DNA of 43,831 nucleotides, taken from positions 1 through 43,831 of the IMG/VR virus record IMGVR_UViG_3300022930_000006; one strand, written 5' to 3'. The notes beneath the pieces are model-generated. The model was not told the origin of the DNA and searched no databases. It saw nothing but the letters and a program-made list of their open reading frames with translations. Below, piece by piece: positions 1 to 8,384 of this stretch. The number at the start of each line of letters is the position of its first letter. The first letter of the stretch is position 1. Source of the DNA: a virus. Lineage: Duplodnaviria; Caudoviricetes. The position numbers and the translations under genes were made by a program.

Positions 1-127
1 TCGAACCGTCGCCTCTACTAAAATACCTCGCTCTGACCTACCGCCCGTCAACGAGGTCTCTGGTGTGGAGGGGACAAACATACAGTTATACGCCAAGGGG
101 GGTAAGAGTCCCGAAAGCAGAGGACTG
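1..127. repeat. Terminal direct repeat, copy 1 (circular assembly overlap)
   Basis: Identical to 43705-43831; 127 nt matches a common assembler k-mer length. Confidence 0.95.
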
Positions 128-227
128 GAGAGGTTCTACATCACCGCCGTGGGTGCTCTACCAGAGTATAAGGGCGGTCTACAACTCAAGAACAAAAGAT
201 TATTGACAATTAACGAAAGGAGGCACT

Positions 228-527
228 ATGCCACGACCAACACCAGCAGTAGAACGAGCAGTGGACGCTTTTAACATCACCGCCAGCGTAAATCCGAACA
301 TCATTGTAACTTCTCGGAATATACGACTTAGTACAATTTTTAGAACAGCCCCAGGGGATCCAAATCGGATATATGTCAATGGTTTGACATTGGGAGGATC
401 TATCGAGTTTCGCGAGACTGAGATAGATGAACTGATTTCAGTTCTCATGCGATACCGAGCCAATATGGTGGATAACGCAGTACAAACATTAGCAGCGCCG
501 ACAGACGACGCAGATTTGGAGATTTAA
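228..527 (+). CDS. Hypothetical protein
   Basis: 99 aa ORF with strong SD AAAGGAGG. Confidence 0.85.
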   Translation: MPRPTPAVERAVDAFNITASVNPNIIVTSRNIRLSTIFRTAPGDPNRIYVNGLTLGGSIEFRETEIDELISVLMRYRANMVDNAVQTLAAPTDDADLEI

Positions 528-528
528 T

Positions 529-921
529 ATGAGTGACGCAGCAAAATCAACACTAGCATGGCTATTTATTGTCATGGCAATCATTGGTATCATTGTCGGA
601 CTTATGTTCGGTTACCAAAACTTCAAGGTATTCTCACGCGAGCAAGAGGGTAAAGCACAGCTCGCTGAGGCTACCTTTGGTAAGCAAGTACAGCTTGAAC
701 AAGCTAAAGCCAATCTCGAAGCACAGAAACTCAACTCACAAGCTGAGGTAGAACGTGCTAAGGGTGCAGCTCAAGCCATTGAGATTGAATCAGGCAAGCT
801 TACCGAGAACTACATCCGTTATCTTTGGGTCCAACAACAAGAAAACCTCAATGACAAGACAGTTATTTACATCCCAACAGAAGCGGGCCTCCCGATTACG
901 GAATCAGCACGGATAAGGTAA
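529..921 (+). CDS. Membrane-anchored SPFH/band-7-like coiled-coil protein
   Basis: N-terminal TM helix, then AEVERAKGAAQA...YIRYLW...VIYIPTEAGLPI typical of phage SPFH-type proteins. Confidence 0.7.
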   Translation: MSDAAKSTLAWLFIVMAIIGIIVGLMFGYQNFKVFSREQEGKAQLAEATFGKQVQLEQAKANLEAQKLNSQAEVERAKGAAQAIEIESGKLTENYIRYLWVQQQENLNDKTVIYIPTEAGLPITESARIR

Positions 922-1169
922 TGTCAGAACACCTGCCCTTGATTGAATTAAGAGAGTTGTACGAACGACAGAACGCAACGCAGTTGATGGCCATGAGAGC
1001 TGTTCACCTGACTCAAATGACTGAACATGAACGACATGTGCACATGATTAACGATGTCATGGGTGGGATTGGGGTGATTGATATGGCAGCATATGACGCC
1101 TCAGACGACACCAGAAGCTCCCTAGAGCACCCTGAAGACGATCAGTGGATACCGAAAGGGCAAGACTGA
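921..1169 (+). CDS. Hypothetical protein
   Basis: TAATG coupling with upstream gene. Confidence 0.75.
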   Translation: MSEHLPLIELRELYERQNATQLMAMRAVHLTQMTEHERHVHMINDVMGGIGVIDMAAYDASDDTRSSLEHPEDDQWIPKGQD

Positions 1170-1333
1170 TGGCAAGTAAGCAAGAAGGTCCTTGGCACAT
1201 TGCCGCCTTGGTGGCTGGTATACTAATACTATTCATCGGAGCAGCAGTTCTAGGAACATATATCCTGACTCATCCGAAACCAGATACTCAAACAATTTAC
1301 GTAGAAGGAGGCTCATATGAAAAAGACATATAA
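1169..1333 (+). CDS. Small single-pass membrane protein
   Basis: TGATG coupling gives start MASKQEG at 1169; one hydrophobic helix. Confidence 0.75.
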   Translation: MASKQEGPWHIAALVAGILILFIGAAVLGTYILTHPKPDTQTIYVEGGSYEKDI

Positions 1334-1550
1334 ATACGACAATGGGAAGGGTAACATGGTCAGTCGCCAACGCCTGCACCAGATGCGTAATCCCGAAAAG
1401 ACACGAGCACTTCAAAAGAAGTATTATGATGCTCACGCCGAGGAACTAAAAGCAAAGACACGAGCTTGGCTTGCTAAGTTCAAAGAAGAGCACGATGGAT
1501 TGAGTTACGCACAGTGGCGTTATAGAAATGCCGCGAAGAAAACCGACTAG
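1317..1550 (+). CDS. Basic hypothetical protein
   Basis: SD AGGAGG upstream; 77 aa. Confidence 0.75.
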   Translation: MKKTYKYDNGKGNMVSRQRLHQMRNPEKTRALQKKYYDAHAEELKAKTRAWLAKFKEEHDGLSYAQWRYRNAAKKTD

Positions 1551-1776
1551 CGGACAGATGAACCTCATGGGGGAGTTCTTTGACTTAGGGTTGAAGTATC
1601 CTCCCAAGGTATCATGGAGTGATGACCACTTAGCGGTGGTTGTTGTTCGTTTCCCCCCGGGGACTCACGATATTGACCGAGCGATGTCACTAAAAGCGGC
1701 GACTGAACTGGCGAAAACTATTAAGACCAGCTCTCCAATTTGGAACCGACGAAAGAAAGCAAAAGCACCATCATAA
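1528..1776 (+). CDS. Hypothetical protein
   Basis: 82 aa ORF filling the operon; weak RBS. Confidence 0.55.
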   Translation: MPRRKPTSGQMNLMGEFFDLGLKYPPKVSWSDDHLAVVVVRFPPGTHDIDRAMSLKAATELAKTIKTSSPIWNRRKKAKAPS

Positions 1777-1780
1777 TCTA

Positions 1781-1809
1781 TTGTATATACAGTACGGTTA
1801 TGGTAGACT
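1781..1809 (+). promoter_or_regulatory. Sigma70-like promoter with GTATATAC palindrome
   Basis: TTGTAT-17-TAGACT with TG extended -10. Confidence 0.65.
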
Positions 1810-1891
1810 AGTCTCAGTACAGAAGTAATTCATACGAGGGTACGAAACTTAAAAATTCGGCGGAACAAAACAAAATAATTGGAGGCACGTA

Positions 1892-2833
1892 ATGGCCGAG
1901 CCAAAAGTAAAATTGACACTTGGGGCAACGCTACCGACTGATACTCAGTACGAGAACGTTCAACCAACTGTCGAAGTAGAAGCAGATACATTTGAAGAGG
2001 CAGCTGATATTGCGTTAGCCCAAATCAAAAGTATCGCTGACAAAGTACGAAGCAAGAATCCTTTCATCATTGTTGAAGCCAAACCGCAAGATCTCGCTGA
2101 GATTGAAACGTTGGTAGACATTGACGGAGTAAAAGTAAAGTGGAATCCTGCCCAGCACCGTTACCAAGATAACTATTTATCTGGTTCTGCTTTCTCTCAC
2201 AAGTTCATTCAAGATTTCCCTGCGGATAAAATTAGCTCTGTAATGGCTGCTAAAGCCGGAGTACCGCAAGAGGAGATTCTGAGCATGTGGAAGACCAACG
2301 CCGAGGCCTCAACAAGCCTAGGCACTGCCATTCATGCAGCTCTTGAGTTGTATGGTAAATACAAAGATACTTCAATGATGGTAAAAGGCGACTTGACATC
2401 AGCTATCCACAAAAACCCGTTCTTAAAGCACGTCATTGATCTGTTTTATAAGGACCGAGGTGATGAGGTTGCTGTATACGAACCTTTTGTCGCATTAGAA
2501 GATAAGAAGCTTTGTGGGTTCATTGACCGATTACTGATCGTTGACGCGGAGAATAAGATTGCCCGCATCCAGGACTACAAGACAAACCCAGACATAGGTA
2601 AGAAGAAAGGTATCCTTGCACCATTCAAAACGGTGATTGAGAATACTGAACTAGGCGCTTACTGGCTACAGCTTTCGTTCTATGCGTACATCATGATTCA
2701 GAAGGGTTGGACGATCGAAGGCTTGGATATTTTCAATATCTGTGCAAGAGAACAAGAAGACGGTTCGCTTAAAATCGAGCTAGAGACTTACTCTCACGAC
2801 GTAATCGACATCAGTGAAGCACTCAAGGCATAA
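1892..2833 (+). CDS. PD-(D/E)XK exonuclease (Cas4/RecB-like)
   Basis: GTAIHAALE, E...GFIDRL...IQDYKT and QLSFYAY motifs. Confidence 0.85.
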   Translation: MAEPKVKLTLGATLPTDTQYENVQPTVEVEADTFEEAADIALAQIKSIADKVRSKNPFIIVEAKPQDLAEIETLVDIDGVKVKWNPAQHRYQDNYLSGSAFSHKFIQDFPADKISSVMAAKAGVPQEEILSMWKTNAEASTSLGTAIHAALELYGKYKDTSMMVKGDLTSAIHKNPFLKHVIDLFYKDRGDEVAVYEPFVALEDKKLCGFIDRLLIVDAENKIARIQDYKTNPDIGKKKGILAPFKTVIENTELGAYWLQLSFYAYIMIQKGWTIEGLDIFNICAREQEDGSLKIELETYSHDVIDISEALKA

Positions 2834-2845
2834 AGGAAGTAACAA

Positions 2846-3493
2846 ATGTACGGACTTAAAAAACGCGTCTTCCAGGCAGCAGAGACTGCTACCCCTGTAA
2901 AGACCCAGCGAAAGAAGAGTGTGTTCATTCGGGGACTTGACGAGCAAATTCTTGCTCATCTGGTACAACACCCCAATAAAACAACTCCTCAACTGCTCAA
3001 GAAGTTTAATATTGCTAATAGTACCCTACATAATTCACTCCACCGACTTGTTTCGGACGGACGGGTTACCAAGGTGCCTTACAATGGTAGGCGTATGAAA
3101 TATAGCGCTACACCAGGTGCAACAACAAAGGAATTGATCGACGAGCTAGAAACTCGTGCAGAGCGCATCCTGCAATATGTGAATGATCACATTGACGTTC
3201 AATATACTAACAATCAAATGGCTGACGAACTCGGTATATCACGGGGAAGTATCACCTATGAAGTTAACAAACTTCTCAAACGCGGTCTCATTCCAACCGA
3301 CCACCGTAATGGTGCAACTCAGGAAGAGCCAACCACACCAGAGCCTACCAAGGAAACTTTGACTCCAGCCAAGACGGCAACAAATGAGGCAACTTTGAAT
3401 GACATCGTTGAAACACTCATTTGGGAGTACATCAAGGCAACACGTAACACTGATCTGTTACTGTTCCTATCATGGCTTGACAATAAGAAATAA
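2846..3493 (+). CDS. Tandem winged helix-turn-helix DNA-binding protein
   Basis: Two wHTH units (STLHNSLHRLVSDGRV; TNNQMADELGISRGSITYEVNKLLKRGLI). Confidence 0.75.
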   Translation: MYGLKKRVFQAAETATPVKTQRKKSVFIRGLDEQILAHLVQHPNKTTPQLLKKFNIANSTLHNSLHRLVSDGRVTKVPYNGRRMKYSATPGATTKELIDELETRAERILQYVNDHIDVQYTNNQMADELGISRGSITYEVNKLLKRGLIPTDHRNGATQEEPTTPEPTKETLTPAKTATNEATLNDIVETLIWEYIKATRNTDLLLFLSWLDNKK

Positions 3494-3510
3494 CACAAGG
3501 AGTCCCCACT

Positions 3511-3942
3511 ATGGACAAAGATTACACAATCATCAAAGCGGAACGACGTGAAAAATGGTTTAGCAAACAGTTCAACAAAGAATACCAAGCTTACGCGGTC
3601 CAACTGGAAGGCGTTGAAGGATGGGTAGAGCTTTCACAACTGCTTGATACACCAGCCCCGGCACCGGGAGCAACGCTTCACGGTCACACATACGCCACTA
3701 CAGTGGGAGAAAACACATACTTGAAGTTCAAAAAGGTTAATCCAAACTTTCAGAACGGTCCAGCAGCACCCCAGGCAACGACTCCGGGCGCATTAGTAGG
3801 AGCGGATAAGACGCTTGACTACGCGGTGGAGATGCTAGAAGAGCTGACCGGGCGTCGCCCTAAGAAAGCGGAAGCTAAAAAGGAAGATGTTGTCATTGAT
3901 GACCTCGATGATGAAATCAACCTAGCTGATATTCCTTTCTAG
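3511..3942 (+). CDS. Putative single-stranded DNA-binding protein
   Basis: Beta-rich N-terminus and acidic tail ending DDEINLADIPF. Confidence 0.65.
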   Translation: MDKDYTIIKAERREKWFSKQFNKEYQAYAVQLEGVEGWVELSQLLDTPAPAPGATLHGHTYATTVGENTYLKFKKVNPNFQNGPAAPQATTPGALVGADKTLDYAVEMLEELTGRRPKKAEAKKEDVVIDDLDDEINLADIPF

Positions 3943-3950
3943 GAGCGACC

Positions 3951-4370
3951 ATGAATACAGTAACAGTAGTCAATCTAATTACAGCGGAAATCGAGAAGCT
4001 AAACCTTCATCCGCTAGATGACTACTCAGGAGATACCTTATCAAGAGTAGCGGTTCGACTAGCATCGTATAAAGCCGGACTAGGCCGCCACTTGAACAAA
4101 GCGCGTAAAGCTACTTGGCAGGCTGAGAAAATCCTCAAGTTAGCGAAAGCAACGAGTTATCAGAGTCTGAAAGAGAGTGGTATCAATAGCACTGATGCCA
4201 AGGAACTCAGGATACTGGCAGTAAGCGAACAATATGATGCTTACATTGAAGCCCAGAGTCTCGAAGACCAGCTCAATACCCTTTCATTCAATGTGCACGA
4301 CTTAATTGACGCCATCAAGAGTAGGCTTATAAACCTACAAATGGAACAGAGAGAATCAAATGTCACCTAG
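3951..4370 (+). CDS. Coiled-coil protein, possibly a UvsY-like recombination mediator
   Basis: All-helical 139 aa protein next to SSB and nuclease; function inferred from context. Confidence 0.45.
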   Translation: MNTVTVVNLITAEIEKLNLHPLDDYSGDTLSRVAVRLASYKAGLGRHLNKARKATWQAEKILKLAKATSYQSLKESGINSTDAKELRILAVSEQYDAYIEAQSLEDQLNTLSFNVHDLIDAIKSRLINLQMEQRESNVT

Positions 4371-4596
4371 TCGTAAGCGTGGCTTTGCAACTCTCAGTCC
4401 AGCACAAAGAAAAGCCGTGTCCCGTAAGGGCGGTAAAGCGAAAGTGTCCAAAGGTTTCGCTACCATGAGTCCTGAACGCCTATCTGAAGTAGGTCGCAAG
4501 GGAGCTTTAGCACGACTTGAAAAGAAAAGAAAGGAGCAAAACAATGAGCAAAATTCTATACCCGATTGGGACGAAGGTAATCCTTCGGAAGAATAA
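4360..4596 (+). CDS. KGG-repeat stress-protein-like
   Basis: Two GFAT(L/M)SP...RKG(G/A) repeats. Confidence 0.75.
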   Translation: MSPSRKRGFATLSPAQRKAVSRKGGKAKVSKGFATMSPERLSEVGRKGALARLEKKRKEQNNEQNSIPDWDEGNPSEE

Positions 4597-5257
4597 AGAG
4601 TTACCAGTACGGCAAGTTAGCCCACTCTATGTCACGAAGTACACTAAAGGAAGTAAAACACCTTATGGCGTTGGATATGGCAAAGATGGATCAACACTCC
4701 GTAGTAACCTGGCTGTTGGTGATCTCATGTCCTGGGAGGGATACATTGACGCGTTGTTACGCAAAGAGGAATCCCAAAATAAGGTAGAAGACACAGCAAA
4801 AGCATCGGGTTTGAGCCGTAGCGAAGTCGATGACATCGTTAAGGAAGCAGTAAAGGAGGCCACCGCAGGCCTTCGAGTAGACATGAGAATCAACATGGAG
4901 GAGGAAATGAGAGATCAGATCCGCCAAGAAGTTGCAGACTCATACAGGAAAGAACAAGCATTAACCGCTGAACGCAAAGCAAAAGCTAGCGCAGCAAAGA
5001 AGGAGACACATATGTCAGATTTAACACACGGTAAAACACTACGTCAGCTCGTAAAATGGGCTTCACTAAGCAAGGACGAACGCGTCCTTCGTGAATCAGG
5101 ATTCCTTGATGAAGGTGGATCAGTAACAGAGCAAGGTCGTCGTATCATCATCGACACCATTTACGCAGAAGACGGTGATCTTCAAAAAGCCATCGTAAAG
5201 GCGATTAAGAAAACACTCCCAAAAGCGTCAAAGAGCAAGGACGAAGACGACGAATAG
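4544..5257 (+). CDS. Hypothetical protein (possible second in-frame start at 5012)
   Basis: SD AAGGAG before ATG 4544; second SD AAGGAG before ATG 5012. Confidence 0.75.
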   Translation: MSKILYPIGTKVILRKNKELPVRQVSPLYVTKYTKGSKTPYGVGYGKDGSTLRSNLAVGDLMSWEGYIDALLRKEESQNKVEDTAKASGLSRSEVDDIVKEAVKEATAGLRVDMRINMEEEMRDQIRQEVADSYRKEQALTAERKAKASAAKKETHMSDLTHGKTLRQLVKWASLSKDERVLRESGFLDEGGSVTEQGRRIIIDTIYAEDGDLQKAIVKAIKKTLPKASKSKDEDDE

Positions 5258-5422
5258 TCATCGCCGTTAAGTTCCTGCTCGGGGTAGCGATAGGTGTACT
5301 CATTTCCCTTGTAGTACACCTACAATCCCAAATAGGTATTCTGAACTAAAGCCGTAGCCCCTAGTGGCAGAACGTAGCCCTCGTTGTTAGCCAGGTGTTC
5401 ACAAATAGAGTATGATTGTTGA

Positions 5423-5713
5423 ATGAAGCTTAAAGGCAAGAAAACAAAAGAATGGCTCGTCATACGCAGGCAATGGGTAATTTCTAATCCTCCCAACCAT
5501 ATGAACGAGTACATTTGCGGGATCTGTAGCCTACCTGTTCAAGCCGATCGAATGGAACTGCACCACGTGTGGGGACGCAAAGGAAAGCTACTGTCGAATG
5601 TAGAACATCTTGTGCCAACACACGCGCTCTGCAATCAGGAGGTCGGTAGCAAACGCGGTGTTCGTAAAGTAACGTCGAGTGAATACGAACTTCGCAGACA
5701 GATGGACCTTTAG
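5423..5713 (+). CDS. HNH endonuclease
   Basis: CGIC...ELHH...H..CN motif. Confidence 0.8.
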   Translation: MKLKGKKTKEWLVIRRQWVISNPPNHMNEYICGICSLPVQADRMELHHVWGRKGKLLSNVEHLVPTHALCNQEVGSKRGVRKVTSSEYELRRQMDL

Positions 5714-5719
5714 TATAAT
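5691..5719 (+). promoter_or_regulatory. Sigma70-like promoter
   Basis: TTCGCA-17-TATAAT. Confidence 0.6.
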
Positions 5720-5725
5720 ATTAGG

Positions 5726-5805
5726 AGTGGTGAGAACCAGTACGGTACGGGGAGCCTTGTGATTAACAGGCGTAAAGATTGAAGCGAACGACCCACCTCA
5801 CCACT
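5726..5805 (+). ncRNA. Structured 5' leader or small RNA
   Basis: AGTGGTGAG (5726-5734) pairs with CTCACCACT (5797-5805), starting at the predicted TSS. Confidence 0.5.
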
Positions 5806-5824
5806 AAAGTAGGAGAAACACACT

Positions 5825-6271
5825 TTGAGTAGAATCAAAGAACTAGTATCAGAAGATGTTGACCAATTTGACGAACCCATTGGGCCCGGGCTGGTTAAGA
5901 GTCAATCCCTAACTATTATTGGTAGCCTTGCCAAGCTCAATGAGCATGACAGCGCCAACCGCAGCAATCGTTTTGTGGGGGCCAAGTTGAAAGCAGAAAT
6001 GACTGAAATGGTCATGCTTCAATGCGGTCCCCTGAAACCTATAACAGGCCCAGTCGTTGTAAGCTTCCACTGGTACTTTTCCAGCAAGCATGATTTTGAC
6101 AATATCGGGTTCGCCCGTAAGTACGTCTTAGACGGTATGGTGCACTCAGGAAAGTTACCAAACGACAATCAAAGTTGGGTTCATGGTTTCGGTGCAGAGT
6201 ATTTTACAAAAGTCCCGAAAGGGCAAGAGAAGGTTGTAGTCACTATAGTGGCAAGCGATCGCACGTTATAG
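5825..6271 (+). CDS. rusA: RusA-like Holliday junction resolvase
   Basis: HDFDNI...KYVLDGMV..G.LPNDN catalytic motif; TTG start after AGGAG. Confidence 0.85.
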   Translation: MSRIKELVSEDVDQFDEPIGPGLVKSQSLTIIGSLAKLNEHDSANRSNRFVGAKLKAEMTEMVMLQCGPLKPITGPVVVSFHWYFSSKHDFDNIGFARKYVLDGMVHSGKLPNDNQSWVHGFGAEYFTKVPKGQEKVVVTIVASDRTL

Positions 6272-6431
6272 ATGGTAATGAGCGTAAGGCTAGTGAAATA
6301 GAGTAGATTACGGCAAAACCCAGTCTGACCGTAGCGAACGCGACCCTAGAGCTGGGGTGATGGGGTCACTATTCTAATTCCCCCGAAATCGAGGGTTTTA
6401 GAATCTTCTTACGCTCTTTACTGTCTATAAC
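6265..6431 (+). ncRNA. Candidate structured RNA A
   Basis: 24-bp closing stem (6265-6288 with 6408-6431; 2 G-U pairs, 1 mismatch) around nested hairpins. Confidence 0.6.
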
Positions 6432-6446
6432 AATCGTACATTCACA

Positions 6447-6538
6447 TGGCTACAGAAGAGTGTGGTATCCGTGAGGACCACGAGGTTACCTCGCCCCTTG
6501 CCGGGGGCTACATTTCCCCTATTGCTCTTATGTAGTCA
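6447..6538 (+). ncRNA. Candidate structured RNA B
   Basis: TGGCTACA-G-AAGAGTG pairs with TGCTCTT-A-TGTAGTCA, enclosing three short hairpins. Confidence 0.55.
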
Positions 6539-6553
6539 GCTGATAGCAAAATA

Positions 6554-6775
6554 AGTGGTGACTAGTTAAGCCACGAAGTCTGTAGGCGTTTATCGTGACT
6601 ACCGCTATCAGGGCCAGTAGTGGAAGGGCAGACAAAAGAGTAATCTGCGGCGATACGAGGCTTTCGAGCCGAGTGCATTAACAGGCCATGTCTACTACTG
6701 GTTCCATGTGAGCGTATGATAGAATTTTTAGGGGCTGCATGTGGCAATCAGTTTCTTCATTTACTGGTTGTCACT
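6554..6775 (+). ncRNA. Candidate structured RNA C
   Basis: 13-bp G-U-rich closing stem; inner GCCAC/GTGGC and GGCCAGTAGTGGA/TCTACTACTGGTT helices. Confidence 0.55.
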
Positions 6776-6902
6776 ATTGGTCTCTCTGACCATTACCCTC
6801 CGGGCAGCAGAGTGGAGTTCCTTTCGGCTCGAACGTTAATGGTGCCTTTTCAAAGTTGCTAGATAAGATTAGGAATAACACCAACGTGCTTTGCTGCCAA
6901 CC

Positions 6903-6911
6903 ATGCTATAA
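6903..6911 (+). promoter_or_regulatory. Extended -10 promoter
   Basis: TGCTATAAT in an intergenic region. Confidence 0.55.
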
Positions 6912-7054
6912 TGACTGCATATAGTGATTGAGGTTACTATCGCACCTTCCTTTTTGTAGGATCACTGACAAAGCCTTCCAAGGTCCATATCGTCAGTGTG
7001 TCACCCACCCGTGTCCTGGTTTTAGCTTTGCTAGTGTGTTCCAGGGCACAAACT

Positions 7055-7083
7055 AAAAGACCCCCTTTCGGAGGTCTTTTTTT
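7055..7083. terminator. Intrinsic terminator, probably bidirectional, between the converging arms
   Basis: AAAAGACCCCC-TTTC-GGAGGTCTTTTTTT. Confidence 0.85.
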
Positions 7084-7093
7084 ATTGGTCGAA

Positions 7094-7174
7094 TTAACGA
7101 CGGAAGATGTACACGAGTCCAGCGACGATAGCTACCACAAGGGCGGCGACGACAAGTACAGTTACTAAGTCCAT
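7094..7174 (-). CDS. 26 aa membrane micropeptide (lysis cassette)
   Basis: SD AGGAG; MDLVTVLVVAALVVAIVAGLVYIFRR; below the ORF-track cutoff. Confidence 0.7.
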   Translation of the reverse strand: MDLVTVLVVAALVVAIVAGLVYIFRR

Positions 7175-7182
7175 AGTATCTC

Positions 7183-7452
7183 CTATTTAGTGTTAGATTT
7201 CTTAAAGTAACCCGAAGCGAACGTTACGATAGTCTGCACAAAGCTGACGATCACGATCACCGCTGATACTGCCTGTGAGGCTTGCTCAGAGACTCCCTCA
7301 GGAACGACAATGCCTGTCATACCCAAGATTGCTACGATAGCAGTAATGACTACTCCAGCGGCTCCTACGGCCGCTACTTTTGCAGTCGGCTTTAGGTTTG
7401 GCTGAGTATACGTTGTTGGTTGTGCGATTGGTGTTGATTCAGTTGTTGCCAT
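7183..7452 (-). CDS. Putative holin
   Basis: Two TM helices and a basic C-terminus, directly after the endolysin. Confidence 0.7.
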   Translation of the reverse strand: MATTESTPIAQPTTYTQPNLKPTAKVAAVGAAGVVITAIVAILGMTGIVVPEGVSEQASQAVSAVIVIVSFVQTIVTFASGYFKKSNTK

Positions 7453-8381
7453 TATTTGACTCCTTTAAATTTGTTCCAGATAGCTGATACTAGTTCCCCT
7501 ACAGTATAGCTGTTAAGGTCTTTGGTGTTAAGATTTAACTTCTCAATTTCAGCATCCTTTTTAGCAATAGAACCGTTGAGAGATACGATTTGGGTATCAA
7601 GCTCTGTAATCTTATTGGTTGTTTCTGTTAGCTTCTCGTTTGAAACGTCGAGAGAGGCTTGCATGCCAGCACGTTCAGCGATAGCAACATTCAGTTGTTG
7701 TACTAGTGCACCACGTTCGTTAAAGGCCTGTAGCCAAGCGTCTTTAGTTGCTCGATAGCTAGCACCTTCATCCCATGCTTGTTGGACAAACTTTTGCCAA
7801 GTCTGACCGACCCAGGCGTTTCCTTCTTGCTCATCGTAACCACCAGTGTGAGTTTTGTTACGGTCCCAGCCTTTTACTTCGCTGTTGACTACTCGTAGTT
7901 GTACAATGTCGTTTCTTGTAATCACTTCTTCTTCTCCTGAGCTTACACTCTGGTTAATGTAATTTGCTGGGTCAATGCGTCCGGCATAGCCGTTCTTCCA
8001 GTTTGGTGATCCTGGGAATGTTTCAAAGTGCAGGTGAGGACCTGTGACACCGCCTGTAGCACCCGAGTACCCAATAACCTGACCCTGTGATACTCTCTGG
8101 CCTTTACTCACAATAGTGGAGCTTAGGTGAGCGTATCCAGTGAATGAGTCTGAGTGGTTAATCAGTACGGCAATCCCTGCTACTGCTCCCACCCAGCTAG
8201 AGTTTTGTCCCCAACCTTCAAAGTATATTGTTCCGTCAGCTGAAGCGACTACTGGAGTCCCCGTATTAACAGCAATATCCCACCCGTTGTGACCAAGTTG
8301 ACCATATTTTGCGTAGTATTCAGCATTACCGCCGAAGTTCTGAGTTCGCTGTCCGTTGACTGGTAGGATAAATCTTGGCAT
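7452..8381 (-). CDS. Endolysin, M23 peptidase with C-terminal coiled coil
   Basis: HNGWD, YAHL and TGPHLHFE motifs. Confidence 0.9.
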   Translation of the reverse strand: MPRFILPVNGQRTQNFGGNAEYYAKYGQLGHNGWDIAVNTGTPVVASADGTIYFEGWGQNSSWVGAVAGIAVLINHSDSFTGYAHLSSTIVSKGQRVSQGQVIGYSGATGGVTGPHLHFETFPGSPNWKNGYAGRIDPANYINQSVSSGEEEVITRNDIVQLRVVNSEVKGWDRNKTHTGGYDEQEGNAWVGQTWQKFVQQAWDEGASYRATKDAWLQAFNERGALVQQLNVAIAERAGMQASLDVSNEKLTETTNKITELDTQIVSLNGSIAKKDAEIEKLNLNTKDLNSYTVGELVSAIWNKFKGVK

Positions 8382-8384
8382 ATA

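Noticed and set aside
1892-2833. Cas4 as evidence of a CRISPR system
   Set aside because: It lacks the Fe-S cysteine cluster and sits in a recombination context, so it is an ordinary phage PD-(D/E)XK nuclease.
6356-6385. GGTGATGGGGTCACT...CTAAT resembling a fluoride riboswitch
   Set aside because: The 3' conserved segment and spacing do not fit, no gene lies directly downstream, and the bases are used in module A helices.
6265-7083. CRISPR or TIGR-like guide array
   Set aside because: There are no regularly spaced direct repeats and no recognisable Cas or Nop-domain gene; the units are unique structured sequences.
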